From contig NMRA01000001.1 of assembly GCA_002633005.1 (NCBI GenBank), positions 1,645,755-1,709,754 on the forward strand: DNA of 64,000 nt, given 5' to 3'. A program made the translations under genes and the position numbers. The stretch comes from Phoronis australis. Its lineage: Eukaryota; Animalia; Phoronida. Below, one piece after another: positions 1-13,200 of the stretch. The notes below the pieces were generated by a model. It was not told the DNA's origin and searched no databases. It saw only the letters and a program-made list of their open reading frames with translations. The first letter of the stretch is position 1. Each line of letters opens with the position of its first letter.

Positions 1-275
1 TGCACTCCGAAAAGGCACAACCACAATTTCTGGGATTCACATTTCCTGAACATAAATTTTAAGCACCGATTTGTCTGTACAACAGACCACAGTTACAATT
101 TCTCCTTCAGTCATGCCAGTTTGTTTGCGTAAAGCGCTGCCTGTTGAGAATTCGACCAGCCAATCAAAAACGCCGGCGTAAAAAATTTCCCGAGGGAAAT
201 TAAGTGATACCTGCGTGCTGGCTACCACCTAGCGGCACGCATAAAACAAGTGAGGCATGTCAGTCGCAATTTATG
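1..275 (-). repeat. Dispersed repeat (probable non-autonomous TE), inverted copy of ~49256-49540; truncated by window start
   Basis: The reverse complement of 1-250 aligns by eye with 49290-49540 (GCGTGCCGCTAGGTGG...GAAATTGTGGTTG...CCTTTTCGGAGTGCA). This explains the near-identical spurious ORFs 37..228(-) and 49313..49504(+). Confidence 0.85.
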
Positions 276-2137
276 AACATATTTTTGTGTGGCTTTGAGA
301 GAAAGGTAATTAGTAGTGATGTCTGCTTTATAACTAAAATACAAGCTTTTAACGTCGTTTTTGCAAGCTGATTACCCATTTCAAGAGGCCTCCTATTGGT
401 GGTTGGGGCAAATGAGAACAGGCAAATAGGACGAAATGCAATTCGTGTAATGCTTCGCACCAAAAACTACGGGAGAAGCAAGATACTTTATTTGAGATTA
501 TGATGAGGTTAGGAATGTCTAAACAAATTTCTTCTAGGTCCGATTTGACACACAAAGTGTTTCTCCGTTCAGTACAGTAATATTAATAGGATGTTCATGT
601 ATAATACAATGATACATGACCCTAGTAGGAACTATGCACTCTGCTACGACCATATCTTCTCAAGGCAAAGCGTTTTAGCGGCCAATGTTTTGACATTTTT
701 GTTTTCACACTTCCTATAACCATTAAAAGATGGTGCCCATGGGATAATTTAGTTGCTTCAAAATTATATTTTTAGAGATTGGTTTCAGCAATCGAGCCCA
801 AAGTTTTGTATAGAGTAGGCCGGGTAGAGAAACACTCAAAGCCTGGTTCCTCGGTCGCCACCACCTTCGTCCCCAGGTTGCCACAAACTTCACAATTCCT
901 CCCCCATCGTCACTACCTTCGTCCCACCATGTTTCGCAACTAGCGCTGCAAATTATTGGGGGCTGTTGTCACCAACCCATACCGGTACGCCTCTAACGTA
1001 CCTGGCAGTATATAAGATGGTCCATTTTGTGCGACATTTGTCCGATAGATTTGGCGCAACTATGTACACGGGAAATCACACAACAATCAGATACAGTTTC
1101 AGAAGTTATTGTTGGCCTGACAAACTTTTAATGATATTCCAAACCTGAGAAAGGTACAAAAATTTGAATTCGTAGGCGTTTCACCTGAATTTCAGGTGGA
1201 GCGTGCAAACAAAATACTACTCGATGCTATCGATCAAAGCCATTTAATAAAAATGTATTGAGCTGCTTGCTGCATGACATGTTGTGTAAAACTTTTTTGT
1301 AGGTCGAACCAAGCCTGAATATCTTGTTACGGTACTTCAAGTGCAGTTTAAAAATGACACAGCCTTTGCTAATACACGTACGGCCTTGCATTGTTATACC
1401 TGAGTAGTTTTCTTTTTGTTAATGACTACCGTTTCCTGATGACCCAAGCCCAAATCCTGTCATGTGACGCTCCAGTCGCTAACCGAATAACTCGAGCTCA
1501 CGGGTTGATTCTTAGCTTGGAGTCATCAAAAAAGCATCGTAAATTTTTGGTGCATCGATGTCAGCCACAAATTTGAAATTTCATAGAACGCTCGGGGTAG
1601 GCTCTGGCAATAGCATCGCGTTGGGTGTGTATTTACCTGTGTATTTTTTCGCTTCCGTTAAGAATGAGAACCCAGTGTACCCTCCAACAGCAGATTGACA
1701 GTGACTTCAAACGACGTGGTAAGAATGTATTTGTTTGAAGGTATGGTGGTTAGCATCGATATCAAGTCATAACGCTCTGTACAATTGGAAAATTTATACC
1801 TTTACTGTGTTATAGGCCTATTTTATAGTTTTGTTGATAGTTGGCAGACTTTTCGATAAGGTCCTGCGTAACCTTAGTTACAAGCAGGAATGTATGGGGG
1901 TCCGGGTGTAACCTTTTGTACTCGGTATCAGACTCAAAATTATTTTAAATTTTTTTGTTTTACAAGTGTTTGAACAAGAATAGCCCGTTAAGTCTTTTAA
2001 AACAATCTATGTACATTTCTTTGAAAAGTCACTAGTTTTAAAGACAAGAAACTGCTAAAATGATTCCATTTTATTTTTATAGGAGGCTGCGGTCATTTGA
2101 AATCTGCTTGTTAAAGATCTTGAAATTGTTGAAGACA

Positions 2138-3256
2138 ATGGCCAATTCCTCAAGTTGGATGGACGATGTTAACAATTCTTTATCGTGGAAGTGTTATAAC
2201 GTCAGTTCAGACAATAACAGTTTGACAAACGGGTCGTGTTTGCGTTCGTTTGTTTGGCCGTTTACCTTGCGCATAGTACATATAGTCGTTCTCAGCGTGA
2301 TCAGTTTGTTAGTGATTTTTGGAAACTGTTTGGTCATAGCTGCCTTCATTCGTTTCCAACATTTGAGAACAACGTGCAATACATTTGTTTTAAATTTAAG
2401 TTTGGCTGATCTGCTCGTTGGAATGGTCAGCTTACCGTTTCAGAACCTTCTTCAGATCTGGCCAGAACTTCAGACCATTAGCTCTCTGTGCCTGCTTCGG
2501 TATTGCTTGACGTACATATCAGTTTGCGCATCTCTCTTGTTTTTACTGTGCATATCGATGGACAGATGTTTGTCTCTTAGTAAACCATTGAGGTATACTC
2601 TCTATTTGACGCCACGGAAGGTGTACTTCAAATGCGTGTGCATATGGATTTATAGTGCAGGAACCGGTTTAATCCCAATCTTCGGAGTCAACCAGTGGCG
2701 AGCCGGTATTGAGTGTGCGTTTCGTAAGGTATTCACGCCAGGATTTGTGATTTTTTCCGCGGGTCAGTGTTTCATCTTTACTTTAATAATATTAGGTGTT
2801 TATGCGAAAGTATTTTCCATAGCGTATAGATCGCTCAAAAAACATGTCAAAAGGCAATGGCAACTTTCATTAGAAGATACGATCTTGCGTAGAAGTTTGC
2901 CCGCAATAAAAACCTTCGGCATAGTGGTCGGGGTATTCGCAATGTGTATTCTACCTTTGTCTATTCTCGCCTGTATCGAAGTGAGCAGACCCGATCTCGT
3001 GAATAACGTGAGCGAGATTTTGAGACTGACAGCATTCGTGTTAGTGACGATGAATTCTTTTATGAATCCCATTATATATACTTTTAGGCACCCCAGTTTT
3101 CGGAAAGCTTTTAAGAAATTATTCCAGAAGAGAAACCTCGAACTTAAATCTTCCCGGCAGTCTACGCTAAAGAGTTCTATGAGCAGAAAAATATTCACTA
3201 TTACACGAAAACTTAGTAGTAGGAATGCTGTTAACAAATTGGAAACAGTGTTTTAA
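2138..3256 (+). CDS. Class A (rhodopsin-like) orphan GPCR, adenosine-receptor/GPR119-like, 372 aa, single coding exon
   Basis: Seven hydrophobic segments with GN (TM1), LSLADLLVG (TM2), C3.25 and DRC (TM3), CILP (TM6), NPIIY and helix 8 FRKAF, plus N-terminal N-x-S/T sites. The ORF from 2060 runs through a splice acceptor (ttatttttatAG 2081-2082), so the likely start is ATG 2138. A candidate 5'UTR intron donor GTAAG lies at 1719. Confidence 0.92.
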   Translation: MANSSSWMDDVNNSLSWKCYNVSSDNNSLTNGSCLRSFVWPFTLRIVHIVVLSVISLLVIFGNCLVIAAFIRFQHLRTTCNTFVLNLSLADLLVGMVSLPFQNLLQIWPELQTISSLCLLRYCLTYISVCASLLFLLCISMDRCLSLSKPLRYTLYLTPRKVYFKCVCIWIYSAGTGLIPIFGVNQWRAGIECAFRKVFTPGFVIFSAGQCFIFTLIILGVYAKVFSIAYRSLKKHVKRQWQLSLEDTILRRSLPAIKTFGIVVGVFAMCILPLSILACIEVSRPDLVNNVSEILRLTAFVLVTMNSFMNPIIYTFRHPSFRKAFKKLFQKRNLELKSSRQSTLKSSMSRKIFTITRKLSSRNAVNKLETVF

Positions 3257-5182
3257 GTCAATAAATCGATAGCTATTTGATTTACTCGATAGACCTGACC
3301 CTTACGGCGCTCTGGAATTGTTGGGGACTATATTGTTTGCATTGTGTTGTATTGTATTGCATCGTACTGTATCTAATTCTTTTGTATTTTATTGTGTTGT
3401 AACCTGTCGATGTTTGCATGAACAAGTAAACAAATCATGCATAGACCCCTGGTACACCGTTTATCAACTAGTTAAACGAAAACTCAATAAAGGGGTATTC
3501 GCCTGCTGCGAAGCTCTCGACATGTTTAAACGGAGTTCGTTCTCAAGCTTTGAGGTATTTTGTCTCTGATTAGTTTTCATAACAATATCTTATCCTACTG
3601 CAAGACAGTTTTCAGTTTTCCTATTTTTTCAGAATTTAAGCGCTTTATTGGTCTTACTCAGGAAATGTTGAATTTAGATAATTATTTTACGGAGTTAACA
3701 CTATCAGACATGTTTTAAAGATACAAAAATATTAGCACGACGGATCACTAACACACGCAATAACTATAGGAAGAAACAAGTAATTCTTCGCTTTCGCTTC
3801 CTATTCTTATCCTGGGTACCAAGATTTTGAAATATACTTCTTCGGTCTGCATTTTGCCTGGACAAATTAAAGATTTAATTGCTCTCATTAAATCGGTATC
3901 ACAATGCTCCATTTCACACAGGAATTCATTCCATTACCAACAAAAGTACATCAAAACCAACAGCGACTCAAGTGACACTTCACTGAGTAATTCCTGGTAA
4001 TTCCCATTTCGAAAATAGTGCGTCGCTAAAGTGCGTAGAGCAACACGAGCTTAATCCAGCATTGAAACGAATTATAGACAAGTATGCGAATGAATATATG
4101 GGTCCGCTCTGACAATGAAAAACGCAATTTTTTTGCCAGCATACCTGCCCTCTCAAAGGAGCAAGGTTAACCAGAGGACGATGGGAAATAAATGGCAATT
4201 TTCCTCTACAGGTCTGACAAAATTATAATTTTGAGCACTTTGCAACCTTGATAACTTCATGATACAAAAATTAATTGATGGAGGTAATCAAAGGAATAGC
4301 AAATTAGATTAAAATAGTGTTTGTAATTTCGGTACCATCTTCACACTTCAAATAGACTTGTATAATAATGGAAACAAAGATAATAAATTCCAATTTATTT
4401 CTTAGAAAAATCTCATCATCTCATTATACACTATATATACAAAGAACACTCCCTTCTCAATCTAAACTTTCTACCTCAATCTACATTGCTGCAACAAACA
4501 TTTAGAATTTAGACCACATTTCAGATAACAGATGCTGGGGCAGAAACAGTGAGGTAAAAGCAGGTCTCCTCAAACCAACACTAACCACCAAGTAGCACCG
4601 GTTTCGGGAATTTCACATGAAAATATTGGAGTTGCGAATCTGAAACTTGCAATGGAGAATCCGGAACTCACTAGATGGCACCAGTGAAACCAAGCTAGTA
4701 CTCATAGAAATACATGTATTCATATAATCCCATAAAACTCACACTAGCGCACCCACGCTTATCAGCGGCTTATCTATTCAGATTGTAAAACGAGGGCTCT
4801 AGTAAGTCATAGTCTTACTATGACAGCTCATAAGTCAGGGGAGTGCTAGCGAGATTCTTTTCCGAAGGTAAATGACGTTTTTGAAGTCGTTTTCACCAGC
4901 TAACCCACAAGTCAATTCCAAAACACAAAAAATTACACATGGTGCAAGAACCACCAAATCAGAGCCTAGGAAATCCAATCAAATCAATTCACTGTGAGAC
5001 TAAAGTTGCAATACCTCTTGAAACCGCGAATGATGCACCGTGTAAAAAATGTCTTAACAAAGTAAATCACGCAGCGGTAGTCTATTCTCTCGAAATAAAG
5101 ATCATGACATCTGTACTTAGCAACATCACATTTTCTAAGAAGCAACCTATTTGCACATACAGAGAATGTTCGTGGAATTTGG

Positions 5183-7845
5183 TTAATCCTCTTCATCGCT
5201 TTCAATGACAGGACGCCTCTTTTTGGTGACTGGACTACTGGTATTGCTGTGAGATGATCCACTCTCCTGAGACCTGAAAGAGCGCAACGACAATTTCAGG
5301 ATATGCAAATTGTTAAGTGCACGGGCTCATTAGTACACAGTTAGGTTTTCAAAAAATCCAACACCTGCCAGAGATACACTTCAATATAACTAAACAGGCT
5401 TACATTCACAGGCCCTTGAATCTACCTGTTCATTGTATCCACTACTGGCACCAACACTCACTGTAGTAAAACACGATTTCTACATGGTTACCGGATTGCA
5501 GGGCCTTAAGGGCCATAGGCCTATATCCGAAATAGCGCCTTCTCTCACTGCCTTCTTTTAACCAAGTAGTTCGCATATTTGGTTTGGAACATGCATCTAT
5601 GTTTCGCACATATGCGCAGTTCCATACAGATGCCTGTGGGCCTAATGACACGGTAATGCAGTACGAATTAGTGAGATAGTCAGATGCCTGTGTTCATTTT
5701 CAGTGACGTTGGTGAGATAGAACTACTTACGATGACCCTGAGGGTCCGCTGCTGGCTTGGTCCTCATCACTGACTTCTATATTTTCTTTGTCACTGTCTG
5801 ATGACGGCTTTTTGGTGAAAAAGAAGTCTATTTTCTTTTGCCATTCTGGAATGGGTCTGACGCAGACAGGATTGCAACCACTATATTTGTCAGCTAAAAG
5901 ATAACATTAGAGATGAGCATATTGAACATGTAGTACACTTAAGGACAACCAAAAACGTTAACATCATTAGATCAGCATTTTTTATTTCTAAGAGCTGACA
6001 TGGATTCAGTGATGTCTGAACAGTCCTCAGTTGATGCAAAATTAATTTTATCTCGAAAAGAAACAAACGAAATTAATTTAACGGTTAAGTGAATGAATAC
6101 CATAACTCGGACATGGTTGATAGACAGACATAATTTACAGAAATAGAATCCCAGATGCTGACCAAAAGACCATTTGTAAGTTTGAAAGCACTTAGCCTCA
6201 TGATGCTAACCTGTTACTGCAGTGGAAATTACATGTTCGGGATCTTTAAGGCCTTATGCTGGTTTTCCAAATATGTAGAGCAATAGACCTTGTAAAAGGT
6301 TATGAGTCGGGATTGTAATTTTGTCCCACTTTTTTCCAAGTTTGGATACATGCAAGAGATCTATTGAAAGAAAAACGAAAACACCTACTCACTAGGTTTT
6401 TGCTTAATAGGGGTAGTTTAATTAATTCAATAAAAAAAACCAGGTATGTGACATACTCATATTTCCTTTAAGTTCAAAAGTTTGTGCATGCACAGATTAA
6501 CCCATTAACCTCGCTTCCACGGATCAAATTTCTTAGATAATTTATAAGTATACCCATAAAATTGTATATTTTTTAAATCCTTATTAGCACAGAATGTTAT
6601 TATGCACACAAAAATAATGCCAAGATGTTTGTAATTAAATTGTTGAATTTTCAATAAAAAACTTAATTTTTCATGGAGGTTGCCATAATTTCCGCAAACA
6701 CAACAACACACACAGATACTAGCCTCCAGTTGAATTTTTGATAAGATAACCTACGAGGCAGCAAGTCCTCCAGCAAAAATTCAGCACTAGCCCCCAGCTG
6801 TAATCTTCAAGACTCCGAAAATGTGTAGTTTAGATGGTGCAAATATGTTTATGTTTGCATTCTAACCGATGTCATAGATGCAGTGAGGTGGCTCGCTATG
6901 ATCATCCATAGGCGGATTTANCTTGGCTGCCGCAAGCAAAATGAAACAGCAAGAGCGTGAAGCCTGAGGAATTATTGAGTTCAGTTACTAGGACCGGTAA
7001 CGGAATGGGAGGTGGCTCAGATTGCGGCGGAATCATCTTCCCGTTTTTTTTGTGTTTTTAGTCCACCGATAGTAGATTTTCCAAACAGAGGGTTCACATT
7101 CCCAGCACTCGCAACTTTCAGACTGTCCATGCACATACAATCGCGCGCTTTGCCCAATTCCCCGAGACAATATGTTGGGCCCCCCCTAGATTCGCCACTA
7201 TCATCTTCCTATTTTTGTGAACTATACCTGATGGTGATGAAAGTGATTGTGACGATGAACCACTTGCACCTCCTAAAACCTTTCGTGGAGCTTTTGCTGC
7301 AACAGCTGAAAATGAAATAAAATGAATTATTTTAAACTTCAAAATTCCAGTCTTAAAACATTAAATTTCAATTCAAAGATGTACCTTCCAGGCAGTCTCT
7401 ATGCATTCGACATTCTAAGAGCTGGTATTACTATGAGAGTGTTGGTTAAATGGGTCATTCTATAACCATGTTCAAAGGTTTGGATTCACTTTCTTAAATC
7501 TAAATGCGAATTGCAACCGAAAAGTTTGCGGCTGGGACACATACTAGCAGTGGAAGTGAAGCCATACCCGAAGCCAGGAAGACCGAGCGAAGATCTGGCG
7601 AGTATTCCCAGAATTTCATTTGGATTTACCTCTATAAGAAGTATTCATTGTGAAATTGAGAGTATTACACGTCGTTGAGATCGCAACAAGGAGCCACTGC
7701 AACGCGCCGCTCACACTCGCCACGGCACAGGAAGTCCTGGCGAAACATGAAAAGTAATGTATATACATCTCTCCAGTGGGAAAGTGCGTCAACGTGATTA
7801 ACTAATACCTTTTCTAGCGGAGTTGTCTGCCTTCGTCCTCACCAT
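5183..7845 (-). CDS. PCLAF: PCNA clamp-associated factor (PAF15/KIAA0101), 122 aa, 4 exons
   Basis: Exons 7845-7809, 7305-7228, 5893-5731 and 5273-5183 have GT-AG boundaries and total 369 nt in frame. The protein MVRTKADNSARKAVAAKAPRKVLGG...ADKYSGCNPVCVRPIPEWQKKIDFFF...DKENI... matches the PAF15 N-terminus (MVRTKAD, APRKVLG), the NPVCVRP-WQK PIP box and the KEN box. Minus-strand AATAAA at 4394-4399. Confidence 0.93.
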
Positions 7846-7922
7846 CTTGGGTTCAATCGGAGAAATGCGTTTTTAATTGTGTCCAATTTCAAGTTGCTGC
7901 GATGTTGATTCCAGACTTGGGA

Positions 7923-7970
7923 TTTCCCGCGTTTTTTGATACTTTAATTTCCCGCCTTTCCACGGAAGTA
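7923..7970. promoter_or_regulatory. PCLAF proximal promoter with two E2F consensus sites and an ETS-like CGGAAG
   Basis: TTTCCCGC at 7923-7930 and 7948-7955, 80-110 bp upstream of the ATG; CGGAAGTA at ~7963-7970. Confidence 0.65.
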
Positions 7971-9995
7971 AACGAAGTGAGGGACAAACAAAACTTGTGT
8001 AGAACGAAGCCAGAAATTAAGGAAAAGGGAACACATTTTAAATAAAATCCGTAAATGTTTCAGAATATCACCTTTAAAAAATAAATGTACTAAAATCGCT
8101 TTTGGCTTCGTTTACTTTCGTGGCGGTGCTAAGTTTTAATGGTGACCACTAGATGGCCCTACCAACCATAAGTTGGTGCGCACTACGTCTCTGATGCCAT
8201 GTGCATCATTTAGCAAAGTTTGGAATATGCTAAATTCTAATATCGAAGGTGAGCCCTCAGCAGCACTGCACTCTTGGCCATCTACTACGGTAACATTTTA
8301 TATCATAAACTTTCTTTTAGCAATCATTTCGCTCTTATGTGCGACTATTAATTTTCTCAAAGAAATTATTCACAAGTCTAGAGCTTTTACCTAGTTCTGG
8401 CCTAAATTGGTACCGTTGGTAAACTATTCAGAGATGTGGTGTTCCTATGTGAACCCGAAATTGACAACAGTCTGATGCCCTGGAAGTCTGTTATTAAGAG
8501 GCATAAATTTTGGTGTGGTTAAATCTTGCAATACACTGGAATCAAAAGTGATTAATTTAAATTCTATGTACATATTTTTTATAATAATAAACAAACTGAA
8601 ACAGAAAACAAACGTCCAAATGTACTTTGAATTTTATATTATAACTTCAACTTTGTACAAAATTTATGTTATCTCATAGGAGCAAATTTATAACAGTCCA
8701 ACCTCATTACAATAATACCACAAACTTGGTCCTACAAACAAGTCCCGGGTTGAGTTCAATAACTGCCTCGCGGCAAGAAAAATCTAGCCAAAATCACAAT
8801 CATGCTCTTACTGAAAACACACAGAGATATCTCGTGGAATCTCACGAGATCTTGCTTTTCTAGCAAGACAATAACATTATTGAAATCTACCCCAATTTTA
8901 CTTATTGTACAAAAATCTATACCGACTGAAACAAATTATCACTATTAACGTAGACTTCAAATTTCCTTGATGTATATTGTAATGAAGTACGACTGCATTT
9001 AATATGCATTACTGACTTCCATGGTTGTACATCAAAATGAATCAACAGATTCGTTTCAACATGCATTCCTCTGAATAATTGCCAGGAAACTAAATCGGAC
9101 TAGTCTATGTTCAAAAGTGCATTTTCAGGTTACCATAGGATTTTTTACTTCAATTTCTTCAAATTAAATCATTAAAGGTAAAATTTTGACACATAAGATT
9201 AACTCACCAAGTGGATACTTTATTTGGAAAACATATTTTAACATGTTTTTGTAGAAAATCAACACTATCAAAAGAGGTGTTTAAGTACCGCTTGAGACAA
9301 ATATTGACCTTCACTAACAAAGCAATTTTTAACTGTTACACTTGGCATCAACTGTACACCAGTACAAATGAAATCGGTTATGACCACTATACCTTATAAA
9401 ACCTGAAGTCAACTGTACAACAGTAGAAATGGACCTCACTTTCATTACAATCCACTCTTCAAGACAATGCCATGGTTTCTTTACAAGTATGTACAAGGTC
9501 ATAAAACAACATACATTGCTAAAAACAAAACTTGTCATCACATGAAATGCCTTCTATAATTCCAAATGTAACCTTCCATAACCTGCACCATCTCTAAACA
9601 ACATGCAAAAGAATGTAGTATTCAACTGCTCAAGGCATATACCCCATCAGAGATCAATTTAGAATAACATGACTATCAGTTAGAAAAACGATTAGCTGGT
9701 ATGCATTACTGTTGTGTTAGAATTCCTATATTCTCACCGTAAGACAACATAAGGAGTGATTGCCGACACAATTTAAATGCACCAGACTGCCAGAGCTAAG
9801 CAATCACAGTTATGCCGCGCACGCCTCTAGTTATCCTTGTTTCGTACTTACACATGTACGCCACAAGTCTTAACAACTGTCTTCACACTCTGCTACAATT
9901 GCAAGACTCCTTTTCTCTGGCTGTCTCACAGTGCTTCCTAAACACACCTCTTTCGCCAACCCTTTGTCTCGGCAAATGCCTACACACTTAGTATG

Positions 9996-10069
9996 CTTTT
10001 ACCCGATCTCACGACAATACTTTTAACCGATCTCACGACAATACTTTTAACTGATCTTACAAAAATACT
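9996..10069. repeat. 24-bp tandem repeat x3 in SNW1 3'UTR
   Basis: CTTTTA(C/A)CCGATCTCACGACAATA at 9996, 10020 and 10044. Confidence 0.9.
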
Positions 10070-10224
10070 AAACAAGACAACTGCATCTCATGTCCCAGTT
10101 GAGGTGCCTTCTAGACACAGAGTCTTCTGCTCACTATGCCTCTCTTCCTACAATTGCCGTTACACTAGCGGTATCACAAACTGATCACACCACTATACTT
10201 CACAGTCCCGAGTTATAAAAGTCA

Positions 10225-13200
10225 TCATTCTCTCCGCTTCTTGTTCCTATCGTAATCTCTACTAGACCGCGATTCTTCCGCTGGGCGCTTTTCGCCTTTC
10301 TTGATGGCCGTCAAGAATTTGTTCAGACCGAACGGATCCTCTTCTTCCTCCTTTTCAAATTGCACAGGACCGTCGCGGCGATGTGAGCGATCAGCGCCTT
10401 CGAACCCCTTGTCCGGAACAAATCTAAAATACGAACAGCAGAACTTCAAGCAAAGACAAAGCCTTAACAATCCACACAATTAATGGACAGTCCCAAAAAT
10501 ACGGACTAACTTTCACAACCCACACTGTAGGATTAATGGACAGTCCCAAAATACAGACTAACTATCATCTCACAAATTTAACAGATGGTAATATTTTCTG
10601 GCTTTTTTACTCTCTTGGGCATTGCAAGTAGGTATGAGTCATGCAAGACAAAAATATAATCATGTACTTTACGATTACAAAATTTCCGTTACAATTTCAC
10701 AGCAGCCTACACAATGAACAAAAACCCAATTCGAATGTTATTTATGTAATCATATTGTGATTTTGTGGTTAATTTAGATTATAATATTAAATATGTTTTT
10801 GTTTCTCAAGCACAGTAAATTTGACAGAGACAATAAAAAGATTTTTTTACTCTCAATTTAAAATCTTTGAAAGTAGCATGAACTTAAAAAATAGTTTTTC
10901 TCAAAATTATTTTGTTGTAAAAAAACTATTTATACTGCACATATCTATACCTATATATACACAGACATCTATGTGAAGACACGACAGTGGTGTCTAAGTG
11001 CAATCTCAATACACACACTCTTTCAAACTATAAGCATATTTGTCGATTCTCCAATTGAGAGAGCATGTATTAAAGTCATCTACAGCAACAAATTTTGCAT
11101 ACAGGATGAACTACTGCCGAACTAGTCAAATAGCTAGGCCCACGTATAAAAATAAATAGAGTACAAGAAATGAGTATTCCAACAACATGACCCAGAATTC
11201 CCTGTCATAATGGATGGGTGAAAGGGAGAGTAGTCTCCCCTGATGACTGAGAATGAATAGGAATTGACAGGAACTTAGTAAGAAGGTTAAGCCACTTTGT
11301 AATTAGAATTTTGCCGCCCTAATATTTATTACTAATCATTTTCGCTGTTAACAGAACTAACCGTCATGCCAAGACCACAAAGTCAACTTTTACAAAATTC
11401 CTCCATAACTTTACCATAGATTCAGAGCGCACAGTGAACAAGAATGTATAAATAAATATAATACATCAAATTTGAAATAGCACACAACAGCAAGTCGTTA
11501 GAATATGAATACTGCACAGTAAATGACCAGGTGCCCACCTGTTTGAGCCAGAGCTGAGTATCTTGTCCAGATCATCCCCATACAGGTCTTTATCTATGTT
11601 CTTTGATGGCCTGTAGATGGCAGCACCAACATCCTTATCCTTCCTCCACGGCTGGTCGTATACATTGTAGGCCTCATCATCACCGAAACCACTGCTCATG
11701 CCCTGAAAGGACAACAAAGATTGGCATGAGCAATGGATATGGTGCATATATATCAAAGACTCACAACTTTATAATACTCACTAGCAAGTGTCGCGATCTT
11801 TGAAAACCAATTTCCTCCACTAAATAATGGATATCAAACGCGTTCTCAAAATCCTTAACCAGTGACCCGTGTAATTGACTAGTGCCCACAACGTATCGTT
11901 ATTTTGGGTCACCACTGTATTTCATAAGCAACCCTGGTCATGTTTGGATTTGCGTTTGTCAGAAGAAGCAATTTCGATTTCTAAAATAATGCGAGTCACT
12001 TTTTGTTATCCACAACTGCACTGTGTCATCGGTAGACCCATAAGTAACATTTATGACCTGGTGAACTTATTCTATCTATGAAGATGCACATTTCTGGGCC
12101 CAGGAAAGTGTGAGCAACCTTGCATTATATTACTCAAAAAAGTTCAATCATCAATCAATAACAGTGAACATCCAACACTCCCTCTAACATACAATTACCC
12201 ACAGAACATTAAAAGATTAGCTTTTGACACACCAAGATGTCAACTATGAGAAAACAATAAGTCGACCAATACTTCCTCAGATTTAGTGCACAGAACAACT
12301 AATACCTTGGTCTGGTTAAAGAGTCTCTGGTCGAATTGTGCATCACCAGACCTATTGGCGCCAGCATCGGGAAGACCAAGAGCAATCTTCTCACTGATGT
12401 CACGTTCTCTCTCGCGCTGCAACCGAGAACGTTTGTCAGGAGCTGCGCGGGCCAGATTCCTTTCTCGGTGGCGATCTTTCTGGCGGTCTTTCCTGATGTC
12501 GTCGCGCTCTTTCAGTTCATCATCTGAAAAATACAGTCAAAGGTTATGAAGAACGCTATTTACCTGCGCTTGTATTTGTTTAACATCATTTCTAAAATTC
12601 ATTGGTCTCTTTACTTCTTCATATATTTTTTTCAGCCTGCACATAAAGTTTTTGATTTGCAGGCACTAATTGTATCACTGCTTATATTGTTCTTATGATG
12701 AAATAAACAGTTAAAAAATTTACTCTCTATCCTATTCACATTGGCACATTGATTTTAGATTAAGTCATTATGTAACTGTTTATCCAAATAAATTGTACGT
12801 GAATATGTACATAGTCAAGGTTTCTTGAATGCCAAGGGTGGTTATTAAAATGTTGAGCCAAAATTTAAGAACGTAGGTATTAGTGGCGTTGAGATGGCTG
12901 CAACGGCTACTGCAATTTGATGACAAAAACAAAAATTCATTTGAAATGACATTACCAGCAAAAACGGGCACAATGGGAATTCGAACCTGTAAACTTCGTG
13001 GTCGCAGCTAATTGCTCTGCTGACAAGCTTAATCGCACTTGATAAATGACAGCAATTAAGCGTATTTAACTGATAAAGCCAGTGGCCTTGAATTAACTGG
13101 CAGACATCATCGAGAATTGGCAATTTGTAAAAATCAAAAAAAAAAATAATGGTTGTTCTTGTTTTACAGCTCTGCTCAAATGCTAATAACTTGATAACAG

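Noticed and set aside
2060-2137. N-terminal 26 aa of the 398-aa GPCR ORF
   Set aside because: It spans a polypyrimidine tract and AG acceptor; ATG 2138 precedes a typical glycosylated N-terminus.
2800-3237. 145-aa antisense ORF
   Set aside because: It is a shadow of the GPCR coding strand with no independent features.
5810-5845. CRL4-Cdt2 PIP degron in PCLAF
   Set aside because: It lacks TD at positions 5-6, and the +4 residue is Pro rather than Lys/Arg, so it is an ordinary PIP box.
7012-7320. Plus-strand ORF, initially suspected to be a Kolobok transposon protein relic
   Set aside because: The acidic-looking part is the antisense of PCLAF exon 2; no paired TIRs were found.
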